In this document: positions 27,568 to 37,239 of the stretch, piece by piece
Layout: every line of letters begins with the position of its first letter
How positions within the stretch are numbered: position 1 is the first letter of the stretch
Assembly: GCA_041946735.1 (NCBI GenBank)
Contig: JBHGAY010000005.1
Span: 118,048-182,047 of the forward strand
Origin: Candidatus Eiseniibacteriota bacterium
Lineage (GTDB): Bacteria > Eisenbacteria > RBG-16-71-46 > CAIMUX01 > VGJL01
DNA: 64,000 bases
Direction: 5' to 3'
The notes under the pieces: generated by a model
What the model was told of the DNA's origin: nothing
The model's database searches: none
What the model saw: the letters and a program-made list of their open reading frames with translations, nothing else
Made by a program: the position numbers and the translations under genes

Positions 27568-29624
27568 CGGCCTCGCGGATCCTCGCCTTCCCTTTCGCCC
27601 TCTTCGAGCCGTGCTGCCCGCGCCAGCGCGGCGACGGCAGCGATCACCTCCGCGGCCGAGAACGGCTTGCTCAGGTGCTTCTGGAAGCCGGACTCGAGGG
27701 AGCGATGACGGTCCTCGACGCGCGCGAAGGCGGTGAGAGCGAGCGCGGGAATCCTCGCCAGCTCTCCTTGCGTCGCGCGGATCCTGCGAATGAGGCTGTA
27801 TCCGTCCTCCCCCGGCATGCCGATGTCGCTGACGAGAACGTCGGGCCGCGTCTCCTCGAGGATCGTCTCGGCCTGCTGCGCCGAGGAGGCGGTGGTGACT
27901 TCGGCCCCGGCGTCCTCCAGGATGCGGCGGAGAAGCGCCAGCGATTCCGGCTCGTCGTCGATCGCCATCACGCGCACGCCGCGCAGCGGATGCTCCTCGA
28001 CCGGGAGCACCTCCTCGCGGAACGCGGGCGCGCTGGCCGGAGCCGGCGGATCGGCCGGGGGCGCCGTCTCTCCCGCCCGGGCGGGGATCGTCACGACGAA
28101 GAGGGAGCCGGCGCCGATCCCCGCGCTTTCCGCGTGGATCGTGCCGCCGTGCAGCTCGACCAGGTTCTTCACGATGGCGAGCCCGAGACCGAGACCGCGG
28201 TGCTTGCGCGTGGTCGAAGCGTCGGACTGGCGGAAGCGCTCGAAGACGAACGGCAGAAACTCCGCAGCGATGCCGATCCCGTCGTCCTGCACTTCGAAGC
28301 ACACCGTCTCTTCTCGACGCTCGACGCGCAGAGCGACCTTCCCACCGGCCGGCGTGAACTTCACGGCGTTGGAGAGCAGGTTCCAGAGAACCTGCTGCAA
28401 GCGTGGCGCGTCGGCCTGGAACGTTCCGGCGGCGTCCGGATCGATTCGCGACTCGATCTCGATCCCCTTCGCCTCCGCGGTCGGCCGGATGGAAGCGATC
28501 GACTCGGCGCACAGTTCGAGCACGGAAACGGGTCGCAACGAGAGGCGGATCTTCCCGGAGACGATGCGGCTCATGTCGAGGAGGTCCTCGATCAGTTCTT
28601 TCTGCAGGAGGGCGTTGCGCTCGATCACCTCGATCGCCTCGGCGATCTCCTCCTGGCTCCAGCGTTCCATCCGCTTCAAGATCTGGGACCATCCGAGGAT
28701 CGCGTTGAGAGGCGTGCGAAGCTCATGGGAGAGCGAAGCGAGGAAGTCCTCCTTCAGGCGGCTCTGTCGCTCCGCCTCTCCGCGCGCCGCGCGTTCGCTG
28801 TCGAGGAGCCGCTCGCGCTCTTGCTGCGCGACCTTCTGGTCGTGGATGTCGGTCGCGGTGCCGAACCACTTCACCACGGCGCCCGCCTCGTCGCGAACCG
28901 GGATCGCCCGGCTGACGTACCAGCGGTAGGAGCCGTCCGAGGAGCGGATCCGGTGCTCGATCTGATACGGCTCGCCGGAGGCGACGGCCCGGCCCCACCC
29001 CGCGCGCACGAGCGCCTCGTCATCCGGATGCAGCACCCACTCCCACCCGCGCGCGAGCGCCCGCGAAGCGTCTCGGCCGGTCACGCTCTCGAAGCGGCCG
29101 TTGTAGTAGTCGATCGTCCCGTCGGGGCGGGCCGTCCAGACGATGTCCGGCAGCGCTTCCGCCAGCGTCCGGAATCTCTGTTCGCTCTCCGAGAGCGCGA
29201 GATCGGCGCGCCGCCGCTCCGTGACGTCCTCGATGACGCCGAGCGCGAACCGCAGACCGCGATCCGGCCCGCGGACCGCGGAGACGCGCAGCCTCGCCCA
29301 GATCAGCGAACCGTCCTTGCGCTGATAGCGCTTCTCGATGCTCACGGCGTCCCGTGCCCCCTCGCGAAGCGATTCGAGAGCGGTGCGGCCGATCGGAAGG
29401 TCCTCGGGCGGCGTGAAGGAGTCCGCCGGCCGGCCGACGATCTCCTTCTCGTCGTATCCGAGTATGCGGCAGAACTCCGGATTCACGCTCTCGAAGCTGC
29501 CGTCAGGACCGAGATGCGCGATGCCGATCGGCGCCTGCTCGAAGCTCCACCGGTATCGCTCCTCGCGCTCGCGCAAAGCTTCCCAGGACTCGTCGCGTGG
29601 CGCGAAAGGAAGGGACTGCTGCAT
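27564..29624 (-). CDS. Hybrid sensor histidine kinase (2 PAS + HisKA + HATPase + receiver)
   Basis: PAS-PAC x2, SHELRTPLNAILG, NLLSNAVKFT, DDGIGI, GLGLGL, receiver IDDE...SDIGMP...KP; ATG at 29624 after AAGGAG. Confidence 0.93.
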   Translation of the reverse strand: MQQSLPFAPRDESWEALREREERYRWSFEQAPIGIAHLGPDGSFESVNPEFCRILGYDEKEIVGRPADSFTPPEDLPIGRTALESLREGARDAVSIEKRYQRKDGSLIWARLRVSAVRGPDRGLRFALGVIEDVTERRRADLALSESEQRFRTLAEALPDIVWTARPDGTIDYYNGRFESVTGRDASRALARGWEWVLHPDDEALVRAGWGRAVASGEPYQIEHRIRSSDGSYRWYVSRAIPVRDEAGAVVKWFGTATDIHDQKVAQQERERLLDSERAARGEAERQSRLKEDFLASLSHELRTPLNAILGWSQILKRMERWSQEEIAEAIEVIERNALLQKELIEDLLDMSRIVSGKIRLSLRPVSVLELCAESIASIRPTAEAKGIEIESRIDPDAAGTFQADAPRLQQVLWNLLSNAVKFTPAGGKVALRVERREETVCFEVQDDGIGIAAEFLPFVFERFRQSDASTTRKHRGLGLGLAIVKNLVELHGGTIHAESAGIGAGSLFVVTIPARAGETAPPADPPAPASAPAFREEVLPVEEHPLRGVRVMAIDDEPESLALLRRILEDAGAEVTTASSAQQAETILEETRPDVLVSDIGMPGEDGYSLIRRIRATQGELARIPALALTAFARVEDRHRSLESGFQKHLSKPFSAAEVIAAVAALARAARLEEGEREGEDPRGR

Positions 29625-29859
29625 CCTGTGGCTCCTTCTCGACGTCTGCTTCCCTGCGATGGACGATCGAGCGGGTTCGTGCGCGTGAGACTCGCTCGCC
29701 GACGGCTCTCTACAAGTCGCGAATTCTATCATCCACTCGCGATCGCTCAGCGGGATTGCGCATGACGAAGCGTTCACCGCTCTTTGCTAGAATCGCCCCG
29801 GCTCGTACGAGCGGCCGGTGGCACGGAAGCCGGTGGCACAGGAGAGGAGGGATGAGCGG

Positions 29860-31599
29860 ATGACGCGGATGGAGCGGATGGATCGGAGGGTGTTCTTGCG
29901 GAGCAGCGCCGCGTGCGCGATGGCGGCGATCGGTTCGGCCGCGCGTTCGGAGGCGGGAAGTCGCGCGGCGCAACCGCGAGGCGGCGCGGCGGTGGAAATC
30001 CCGGCCAACGGGCGGACCGGAACGCTCGCGTCCGGCATCGAGGAGGCGACGATCGACGATCTCGCCGCCGGCATGCAGCAAGGCCGCTTCACTTCGCTCG
30101 AGCTGGTCCGCGCGTATCGAGAGCGGATCGAGGCGACGAATCTACGCGGGCCCGAGCTGCGGGCGGTCCTCGAGCTGAACCCCGACGCGGAGGCGATCGC
30201 CGCGGCCCTCGACGAGGAGCGGCGAGCCGGAAACGTGCGCGGCCCGCTCCATGGCATCCCGGTGCTCCTCAAGGACAACATCGACACAGCCGACCGCATG
30301 CGGACGACGGCGGGATCGCTCGCGCTGCTCGGCTCCCGCCCGCGCCAGGATGCGACGGTCGCGGCGCGCCTCCGCGAGGCGGGCGCCGTCCTTCTCGGCA
30401 AGACGAACCTCAGCGAATGGGCCAACATCCGTTCCAGCCGATCCTCGAGCGGATGGAGCGCGCGCGGCGGACAGTGCCGCAACCCGTACGTCCTCACCCA
30501 CAGTCCGTGCGGGTCGAGTTCGGGCTCCGCCGTGGCCGTCGCGGCGAGCCTCTGCGCCGTCGCGGTCGGCACCGAGACCGACGGATCGATCGTGTGCCCC
30601 TCGCATCAGAACGGAGTCGTGGGGATCAAACCGACCGTCGGACTGACCAGCCGCGCCGGAGTCGTTCCGATCTCGCATACCCAGGACACGATCGGACCGC
30701 ACGCCCGAACCGTGCGGGACGCGGCGATCCTTCTCTCCGCGCTTGCGAGCGGCGGCGTCGATCCTCGCGACCCCGCCACGGGCGATGGGGCCGCGCACCG
30801 CGCCGCCGACTACGGGCGCTTCCTCGATCCGGACGGACTGCGCGGCGCCCGCGTGGGCATCCCTCGCATGCTGTTCAAGGGGGGAAGCCCGCACTCGGAC
30901 GCGGTGATCGACTCGGCGATCGCCGTCATGCGAGCGGCCGGGGCGGAGATCGTCGACCCGGCCGACATCCCGAGCTTGGAGGCGATCGGGTCGGGCGCCG
31001 ATGAGTTGAACGTCCTGCTCTATGAGCTGAAGGCGGACATGGAAGCGTATCTCGCCGGGCGCGAGGAGGAGCCGGGGGCCGCCCGCCGCCCGCCGCGCAC
31101 GCTGGCCGATCTGATCGCCTTCAACGAGGAAACGCGCCGCGAGGAGATGCTCTACTTCGGTCAGGAGCTGTTCGTGCAAGCGCAGGAGAAGGGGACGCTC
31201 GAGGACCCCGAGTATCTCGAAGCGCTCGAGCGGAGCCAGCGGCTCGCCGGCCCGGAAGGGATCGACGCGGCCCTCGCGCGGCACGGCTGCGATGCGCTCG
31301 TCGCGCCGACCGGGGGCCCGGCCTGGCCGATCGACCTCGTCAACGGGGACCACTTTCTGGTCGGAAGCTCCGGCCCGGCGGCGATGGCCGGCTATCCCTT
31401 GATCAATGTCCCCGCGGGGTGGTCGTTCGGTCTTCCGCTCGGGATCAGCTTCATGGGGACCGCCTGGTCGGAGCCGGTCCTGATCCGTCTCGCGTATGCC
31501 TTCGAGCAGACGGCGCGCGCCCGCCGTCCGCCTCGCTACCTGCCCGGTCTCGCGTCGCTCGACGTTGCTCCGTCCCCGGGACCGTCGAGGACGCGCTGA
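29860..31599 (+). CDS. Tat-exported amidase (amidase signature family)
   Basis: DRRVFL Tat motif; HGIPVLLKDN, GKTNLSEWAN, GSSSGS, GTETDGSI. Start at 29860 or 29878. Confidence 0.92.
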   Translation: MTRMERMDRRVFLRSSAACAMAAIGSAARSEAGSRAAQPRGGAAVEIPANGRTGTLASGIEEATIDDLAAGMQQGRFTSLELVRAYRERIEATNLRGPELRAVLELNPDAEAIAAALDEERRAGNVRGPLHGIPVLLKDNIDTADRMRTTAGSLALLGSRPRQDATVAARLREAGAVLLGKTNLSEWANIRSSRSSSGWSARGGQCRNPYVLTHSPCGSSSGSAVAVAASLCAVAVGTETDGSIVCPSHQNGVVGIKPTVGLTSRAGVVPISHTQDTIGPHARTVRDAAILLSALASGGVDPRDPATGDGAAHRAADYGRFLDPDGLRGARVGIPRMLFKGGSPHSDAVIDSAIAVMRAAGAEIVDPADIPSLEAIGSGADELNVLLYELKADMEAYLAGREEEPGAARRPPRTLADLIAFNEETRREEMLYFGQELFVQAQEKGTLEDPEYLEALERSQRLAGPEGIDAALARHGCDALVAPTGGPAWPIDLVNGDHFLVGSSGPAAMAGYPLINVPAGWSFGLPLGISFMGTAWSEPVLIRLAYAFEQTARARRPPRYLPGLASLDVAPSPGPSRTR

Positions 31600-31641
31600 A
31601 CGAACCGGTAGCGCAGGGGCGCGCCGCGCTACGCGGGATCG

Positions 31642-32382
31642 TCAGCGCCGCGCGAAGAGCAGCATGAAGACGCCGAGCGCCAGAACGAGCGCGGCGACGA
31701 TTCGCCTGTAGATCGGCTCCGGAACGCGGCGGAGGACCCGCGCCCCGAGGAGGGTGCCGAGAACCGCGCCCGCGCTCGCGACGAGAAGCAGGGGCCAGAG
31801 ATCCGCGGTGTCGCGTCCCTGCGTGGCCAGGTAGACCGGCAGCCGCGCGGCGTCCACGACCAGGCCGACGGCGGTCGCCGTGGCGACGAACACGCGTGGC
31901 CGCAGATCGAAGGCGAGCATCGCGGCGGAGCGGATGCCGCCCTGGTTCCCGACGAGGCCGCCGAGAAGACCGGATACCGCTCCCGCGACCCAGGCGATCC
32001 AGCCACGGAAGCGCATGCGGCCGGCAATCCCGCTTAGCTGCGTGACTCCGACGAAGACGAGAAGAGATCCGAAGACCACGGTCAGAATCGGATTGCCGGC
32101 GGCCGCGTGCAGCAGAGCTCCGGTCAAGCCACCGGCCGCGCTGGTGATGCCGAAGCTTGCCAGGACCTTCCGGTCGACATGCCGCCGGAGAAGCCAGAAG
32201 CGCAGCGCGGTCGCGACGGCGTGCGGGACCGAGACCGCGGCGACGGCGAGTTTCGTGGGGACGCGCAGCGCGAAGAGCGGAGTGAGGAGGGACCCGATCC
32301 CGAAGCCGCTGATCGAGGCGATCGCGCCGGCGAGGAACGCGACGGCGGCGACCACGAGCACGAACCCGCCGCCGCCCGTCAT
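31642..32382 (-). CDS. TSUP/TauE-SafE family transporter
   Basis: About 8 TM helices; SISGFGIGSLLTP and GLLGGLVGNQGG internal repeat. Confidence 0.85.
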   Translation of the reverse strand: MTGGGGFVLVVAAVAFLAGAIASISGFGIGSLLTPLFALRVPTKLAVAAVSVPHAVATALRFWLLRRHVDRKVLASFGITSAAGGLTGALLHAAAGNPILTVVFGSLLVFVGVTQLSGIAGRMRFRGWIAWVAGAVSGLLGGLVGNQGGIRSAAMLAFDLRPRVFVATATAVGLVVDAARLPVYLATQGRDTADLWPLLLVASAGAVLGTLLGARVLRRVPEPIYRRIVAALVLALGVFMLLFARR

Positions 32383-32424
32383 CGAGCGCCGGTCATCGCG
32401 GGGCGGGCTCCCCGACGTCGGCGG

Positions 32425-33219
32425 TCATCGCGGCGTGAACTGCTCGAGCGCGTAGATTCCGAGCTGCTGCTCGATGGAGGCGATCCTTTCGACCGTCCTC
32501 TCGAAGCCGTCCTCGCCGAACAGCCGATGCTCGCGTTCCTCGAACTCCTCACCTAGCTGCCGGTACGCGTCCCGGCCGACGACGCGGCGGAAGGCGGGGA
32601 AGAGGACCGTATCCTCGCGCGCCGCGTGCGGGCGGTACATCCGCTCGAAGGAGCGGAGGAGCGTCGCGAGGCCCGAAGGGTCGCTCGAAGCCGGCCCGGC
32701 GGCGAGACGGGCGATCTCCGCTGTCACCTCGCGTCCCCGCTGGTGCTGTTGTCGAAGGACGGCGACGAGATCGGTCTGGACGCGCGCCGATTCGAGGCGC
32801 GGAAAGAGGAAGTCCTCCTCGAGCTTCTCGTGGTAGTCCTCGACGAAGGTGCGCACGATCTCGGCGCCGGCTGCAGCGGCGGCGAACGCCGCGGCATCGA
32901 TCCGGCCGCCGCCCTCGGAACGGCGCGCGACCTCGTCGTAGATCAGCAGCACCCGCTCGAGCACCCCATGCTCCTGCATCAGATCCTCGCCGGGCGTGAC
33001 TTCGGCCTCGTCGGCCTCTTGGGCCTCGTCGGCTTCGTCGGCCTTCGCGGCTTCCTTGGCTTCCTTGGCTTCGTCGGCTTCGCCGGCTTCCTCCTTGGCG
33101 TCCTCCCCGAATGCGGCGCCCGCGGCCGCCCCGAGCGCGAGCCCGGCCGTCGCGACGATGCCTCCGAGCAAGGCCCGGCGGACCGGGTCGGCTACCTCAC
33201 TTCCGTCTCTCCGCTTCAC
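32425..33219 (-). CDS. Tat-signal hemerythrin (HHE)-domain protein
   Basis: VRRALLGG signal, acidic EAxEA linker, LMQEHG, YHEKLEEDFLFP, QHQRGR, PHAAREDTVLFP. Confidence 0.85.
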   Translation of the reverse strand: MKRRDGSEVADPVRRALLGGIVATAGLALGAAAGAAFGEDAKEEAGEADEAKEAKEAAKADEADEAQEADEAEVTPGEDLMQEHGVLERVLLIYDEVARRSEGGGRIDAAAFAAAAAGAEIVRTFVEDYHEKLEEDFLFPRLESARVQTDLVAVLRQQHQRGREVTAEIARLAAGPASSDPSGLATLLRSFERMYRPHAAREDTVLFPAFRRVVGRDAYRQLGEEFEEREHRLFGEDGFERTVERIASIEQQLGIYALEQFTPR

Positions 33220-33328
33220 GATCCTGCTCCTTCCCCGCGGCCTCGGATTGCCTCGCTGCGGCTACTCCGCCGGCTTTGCGGCGCACTCGGCCCACTCTGC
33301 CGCCGCCTTCTCCCCGCCGCGATCCGGC

Positions 33329-34378
33329 TCAACCTGCGCTCGATCCCCGGAGGAGCGCCGACAGCGCGGCCCCCGGGCGCGCCACCTGCTCGAAGGTGCA
33401 CTGCTCCGGCGCCTTGTCCGGCCGCCACCGAAGCAGCTGCGTGCCGTGCCGGAAGCGACCGCCGGTGAAGTGGTCGTAGCGGACTTCGACCACCAGCTCC
33501 GGCCGCACCGGCTCCCACTCGTCCGATTCGCGGTCGCGCGACCAGCGGCTCGGCCCGCCTGGGCCTCCGCCGGTGAATCCCGGGGGACCGTGGAGCGCCA
33601 TGAGCTTCGGCGAGAGCGCGCGCCGCTCCTCGTTCGTCAGGCTCGAGGTGTAGCCGACGTGATGGAGGAGGCCGTCGTCCGCGTAGAGGCCGAGCAGGAG
33701 GGAGCCGATCTCCGTCCCCTTGCGGTGCCAGCGGAATCCGCCGACCACGCAGTCGGCGGTCCGCAGGAGCTTCACCTTGACCACCGCGTCGCGTTCTCCC
33801 GCGCGGTAGGGCGCGTCGAGCCGCTTCGCGACGACTCCGTCCAGGTTGCCGCCGGCGCCGGAGAACCAGGCGCGCCCCGCTTCGATCGCGCGCGAGGCGG
33901 GGGAAAGGAGGATCGAGCGGCTGCCCGCGAGATGTTTCGCGGCGAACGCTTCCAGGCGCGCGCGCCGCGTCTCGAGCGGCATGTCGAGGAGCGAGGCGCC
34001 CCGCTCGCCGACCAGCAGATCGAAGAGGATCATCCGCGCCGGATGCGCGGCGGCAAGCTTCGCCACCCGGCTCGCCGCCGGATGCAGGCGAAGCTGCAGC
34101 TCCTCGAACGAGAGCTTCCCGCCGATCGGGATCACCAGCTCCCCGTCGACGACGAACCGCTTCGGCCCGAGCCCGAGCATCGCGGCGGCGACGTCGGGGA
34201 AGTAGCGGGCGAGCGGCTTCTGCGCTTTCGACTGGAGGTAGATCTCCTCTCCGTCCCGGAAGGCGAGGCATCGGAAGCCATCCCACTTCGGCTCGTACTG
34301 CCAGCCGTCCTCTTCGGGGATCCGCGAAACCGAGATCGCCTCCATCGGAGGAAGTGGCGGGACGACCGGAAGGTTCAC
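33329..34378 (-). CDS. ligC: ATP-dependent DNA ligase, LigC type
   Basis: PPMEA, YEPKWDGFR, RYFP, DGELV, FDLL, DGVVAK, KVK..RTADCVVGG, EVRYDH...RFRH...RWRPDK.P.QC; start approximate. Confidence 0.88.
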   Translation of the reverse strand: MNLPVVPPLPPMEAISVSRIPEEDGWQYEPKWDGFRCLAFRDGEEIYLQSKAQKPLARYFPDVAAAMLGLGPKRFVVDGELVIPIGGKLSFEELQLRLHPAASRVAKLAAAHPARMILFDLLVGERGASLLDMPLETRRARLEAFAAKHLAGSRSILLSPASRAIEAGRAWFSGAGGNLDGVVAKRLDAPYRAGERDAVVKVKLLRTADCVVGGFRWHRKGTEIGSLLLGLYADDGLLHHVGYTSSLTNEERRALSPKLMALHGPPGFTGGGPGGPSRWSRDRESDEWEPVRPELVVEVRYDHFTGGRFRHGTQLLRWRPDKAPEQCTFEQVARPGAALSALLRGSSAG

Positions 34379-34445
34379 CGCGCCGGTCCTCGCGTGTCGC
34401 AAGCCTCGCCCATGGCTCCCCGCGCGCCGCGCATCCGAGCAGCGC

Positions 34446-35411
34446 TCACAGGAACCGTTCGAGGCGAACGCGGTCCGTCTCGGCGAGCATCGGTGCCCAG
34501 CAGTCCCCGTTGCGTCGGACGAGACGCGGCACGTTGTCGATGCGGAAGTCCTCGATCTTCACGCCGCGCTCGATCCGGCTCCAGGTGACCGGCATCGAGA
34601 CCGAGGGGGTCGGCCGTGCGCGGACCGAGTAGACCGAGGCGAGCGTTCGTCCCCAGGCGTTCTGGTTGTAGTCGACGAGGACGCGCCCCGGCGGGCGCTT
34701 CGCGATGCGATACTCCGCCGTCACGACGTCCGGCCGCTGCTGCGCGATCGCCTGCGCGAAGAGCTTCGCGAATCCCCAGACCTGCTTCTGCGTCGGCCCC
34801 CGGACGATCGGCACGTAGACATGGATCCCTTTCGAGCCGGTCGTCTTGGCGTAGCACGGCATCCCGAGCCCCTCGAGCCCGCGCCGGACGAGCAGCGCCG
34901 CCTCGCGCACGCGATCGAAACCGGCCGGCGGCACCGGATCGAGGTCGAAATGGAGGACGTCGGGGCGATCGACGTCGTCGCAGGTCGCGTACCACGGGTT
35001 CAAGTCGATGCAGCCGAGGTTCACGATCCAGAGGAGCGAGGCGAGGTCGTCGACGATCGGGAAGTCGATCACGTTGCCGGAGGCGTGCGTGATCGAGCAG
35101 GTGCGGATCCACTCGGGATGCGGCTCGGGAATCCTCTTCATGAAGAAGAAGGAGCCCGCCACCCCATGCGGATATCGTTTCATCACCATCGCGCGGCCGC
35201 GCAGATGCGGGACGAGCGCGTGCGCGACGTCCGCGTAGTAGCGGAGCAGATCCCCCTTCGTCACGCCGAGGTCGGGCCAGAAGGGCTTCCGCAGGTTCGT
35301 CAGCGGGACTTCGCGCGGCGCGGCGCCCATCGTGACGACGACGCGCGCCTGATCGACGTCGCGCGGGATCACGACCTTCTCGGCGGCGCGCGCGGCGGCC
35401 CGCGGGGTCAT
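34446..35411 (-). CDS. Stand-alone LigD-type primase-polymerase (PrimPol) domain protein
   Basis: LTNLRKPFWP, TKGDL..YY, KRYPHG, FFMK, FDLDP, KTTGSKGIHVY, VDYNQN..GRT.ASVYSVR. Confidence 0.9.
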   Translation of the reverse strand: MTPRAAARAAEKVVIPRDVDQARVVVTMGAAPREVPLTNLRKPFWPDLGVTKGDLLRYYADVAHALVPHLRGRAMVMKRYPHGVAGSFFFMKRIPEPHPEWIRTCSITHASGNVIDFPIVDDLASLLWIVNLGCIDLNPWYATCDDVDRPDVLHFDLDPVPPAGFDRVREAALLVRRGLEGLGMPCYAKTTGSKGIHVYVPIVRGPTQKQVWGFAKLFAQAIAQQRPDVVTAEYRIAKRPPGRVLVDYNQNAWGRTLASVYSVRARPTPSVSMPVTWSRIERGVKIEDFRIDNVPRLVRRNGDCWAPMLAETDRVRLERFL

Positions 35412-36058
35412 CCGGCGCTCCGCTGCGGCTGCTGCTTCCATCGAATCGGCACGAGCTTCGGCGGACGGGGACCATGGCGCGTCGCGCCCAGCACCGGCGC
35501 GTAGCCGAGTTCCTCCCCTTCGAGCACCGCGCGGAGCATCAGGCCGCCGCGGCTCATGTCTCCGCGTCCCACGAATGCGCTGGGGAAGAGCAGGCGCTCG
35601 CCGAAGCGAGCGATGAGCAGGTCGACGTACTTCCCCGTGGCGATCGAACCGAGAAGGACGACGCGGCCCTCCGGTCCGACTTGTTTCTCCAAAGCCCGAA
35701 GCGTCTCGTCGAGCGGAAGGCGATAGCGCGGATCGGCCGGGTCGATCGGCACGGAAGCGAACTCGAGGAGATCCTCGCGGCGAACGATCGTCTCCGGCCG
35801 CTCCAGCCCTCGCGACGTCGTGATGACGCGGACGATCCCGCCTTCGCCGGCGAACGCGCGCGCGTAGCCGAGCTTTCCGCGGAAGTAGAGGCCGCTGAGG
35901 AAGTTGAACGCCTCGCCGAGCGGGACGCCGCCGGCGCCGAGCCGTCGGGCCAGATCGAACGCGGCCTGCTCGCGGACGAGGATCTCCGCGCGCTTGCCCG
36001 AACAGGAAGCGGGGGAGAGGAGGAAGGCGCTCGGGCGCCCGGTACGACGATGGGCCAT
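35408..36058 (-). CDS. Hypothetical protein coupled to PrimPol
   Basis: Protein-like ORF (FLLSPASCSGKRA, FLSGLYFRGKL.YA, LLGSIATGKY, FVGRGDMSRGGLMLR); ATGA overlap with the PrimPol gene. Confidence 0.75.
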   Translation of the reverse strand: MAHRRTGRPSAFLLSPASCSGKRAEILVREQAAFDLARRLGAGGVPLGEAFNFLSGLYFRGKLGYARAFAGEGGIVRVITTSRGLERPETIVRREDLLEFASVPIDPADPRYRLPLDETLRALEKQVGPEGRVVLLGSIATGKYVDLLIARFGERLLFPSAFVGRGDMSRGGLMLRAVLEGEELGYAPVLGATRHGPRPPKLVPIRWKQQPQRSAG

Positions 36059-36203
36059 GCGGCGACGATAGCAGAGGGAGAGCGTCTTGAGCGGCGGCGC
36101 TGCAGTCGGTATCGTCGCCCGTTCGCTTCGCCGGAAACTCGTCGCAGATCGCGCTGAGCGCCGGAGGATCGATAACGAAGCCCCCACTCACACAGGAGGA
36201 AGG

Positions 36204-37130
36204 ATGTCGTTTCGCCGCCGCTCGCGCTCCCGCTCATGCTCCCGCTCCCACTCATGCGCACACTCCCCCTACCGCTTCCGCCTTCGCTCGTTCGCACGCC
36301 TGCCCCTCGCTCTCCTGCTGGCCATCGCGGCGTCCTTGACGATTCGGGCGGCTGGCGCCGCCGATCCCGCTCCTCCCTCGGCGGCTCGGGCTCCAGGATC
36401 CGCACCGGCCGGCGCGTCCGCTCCCGCCCCCGCCCCTCGGCAAGAGGAGCCGATGAAGAACCTGCAGGTGTTCCCGAAGGACACGCCGCGCGCCGAGGTC
36501 CTCCAGGCGATGCGATCCTTCACGCAGGCGCTCGGCGTGCGCTGCGACCACTGCCACGTCGACGAGCACGGCGGCCCGAATCCGCGAGAGGACATGGCGA
36601 GCGACGAGAAGCTGCCGAAACGGCAGGCGCGCGAGATGCTCCGGATGACCCAACGGATCAATGCGGACCTGCTGACCGCGCTGCCGCAACGCCACGATCC
36701 GCCCGTGGCCGTGCGCTGCGTGACGTGTCACCGCGGCCTTCCGGTTCCCGAGACGCTCGCCGACCGCCTCGGGTCCGTGCTCGAGAAGGCCGGACTCGAC
36801 TCGGCACTCGCCACCTACCGCTCCCTGCGCGCCGACCCGTTCCATGGCTGGTTCGACTTGAGCGAGTCGAGCTTGGCCGGCTTCGCCCGGCAGCTCTCGA
36901 GCGCCGGAAAGAACGACGAAGCTCTCGCATTCCTTGAGCTCGATCGCGAGTTCTATCCGGAATCGCGCATGCTCCCGCTGGCGGTGGCCGACGTCTACGT
37001 CGCGAAGGGGGACCGCGCGGCGGCGCTCGCCGAGCTGGAGCGCCTCGTCGCCGCCGATCCAGGGAACATGCGCGCCGCGCAGCGGCTGAACGAGCTGAAC
37101 GAGGCGAAGGAGCTGAAGGAGTCGAAGTAG
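36204..37130 (+). CDS. Dihaem c-type cytochrome (reaction-centre cytochrome-like domain) with TPR-like tail
   Basis: KNLQV, M..FTQALGVRCDHCH, K..AREML.M, CVTCHRG; C-terminal TPR-like helices; N-terminal signal sequence. Confidence 0.85.
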   Translation: MSFRRRSRSRSCSRSHSCAHSPYRFRLRSFARLPLALLLAIAASLTIRAAGAADPAPPSAARAPGSAPAGASAPAPAPRQEEPMKNLQVFPKDTPRAEVLQAMRSFTQALGVRCDHCHVDEHGGPNPREDMASDEKLPKRQAREMLRMTQRINADLLTALPQRHDPPVAVRCVTCHRGLPVPETLADRLGSVLEKAGLDSALATYRSLRADPFHGWFDLSESSLAGFARQLSSAGKNDEALAFLELDREFYPESRMLPLAVADVYVAKGDRAAALAELERLVAADPGNMRAAQRLNELNEAKELKESK

Positions 37131-37177
37131 GTGAAGGAGCCGAAGTAGGCGAAGGAGCTGAAGGAGCCGAAGTAGGT
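37088..37177 (+). repeat. Ten 9-bp tandem units (GAA[C/G][G/T]AGnn) spanning the cytochrome stop codon
   Basis: gaacgagct gaacgaggc gaaggagct gaaggagtc gaagtaggt gaaggagcc gaagtaggc gaaggagct gaaggagcc gaagtaggt. Confidence 0.9.
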
Positions 37178-37239
37178 GGTGGAGCAACGGAAGGGACGAA
37201 CGGGCGAAGCCGGCGAAGCGAACGGGTCGGGTTCGCTCC

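Noticed and set aside
33329..35411. Complete Ku-LigD NHEJ system or prophage ligase
   Set aside because: No Ku, phosphoesterase domain or phage genes are present in the window.
37128..37175. In-frame TAG codons as pyrrolysine read-through
   Set aside because: They are variants of a 9-bp repeat unit, and no protein-like sequence follows.
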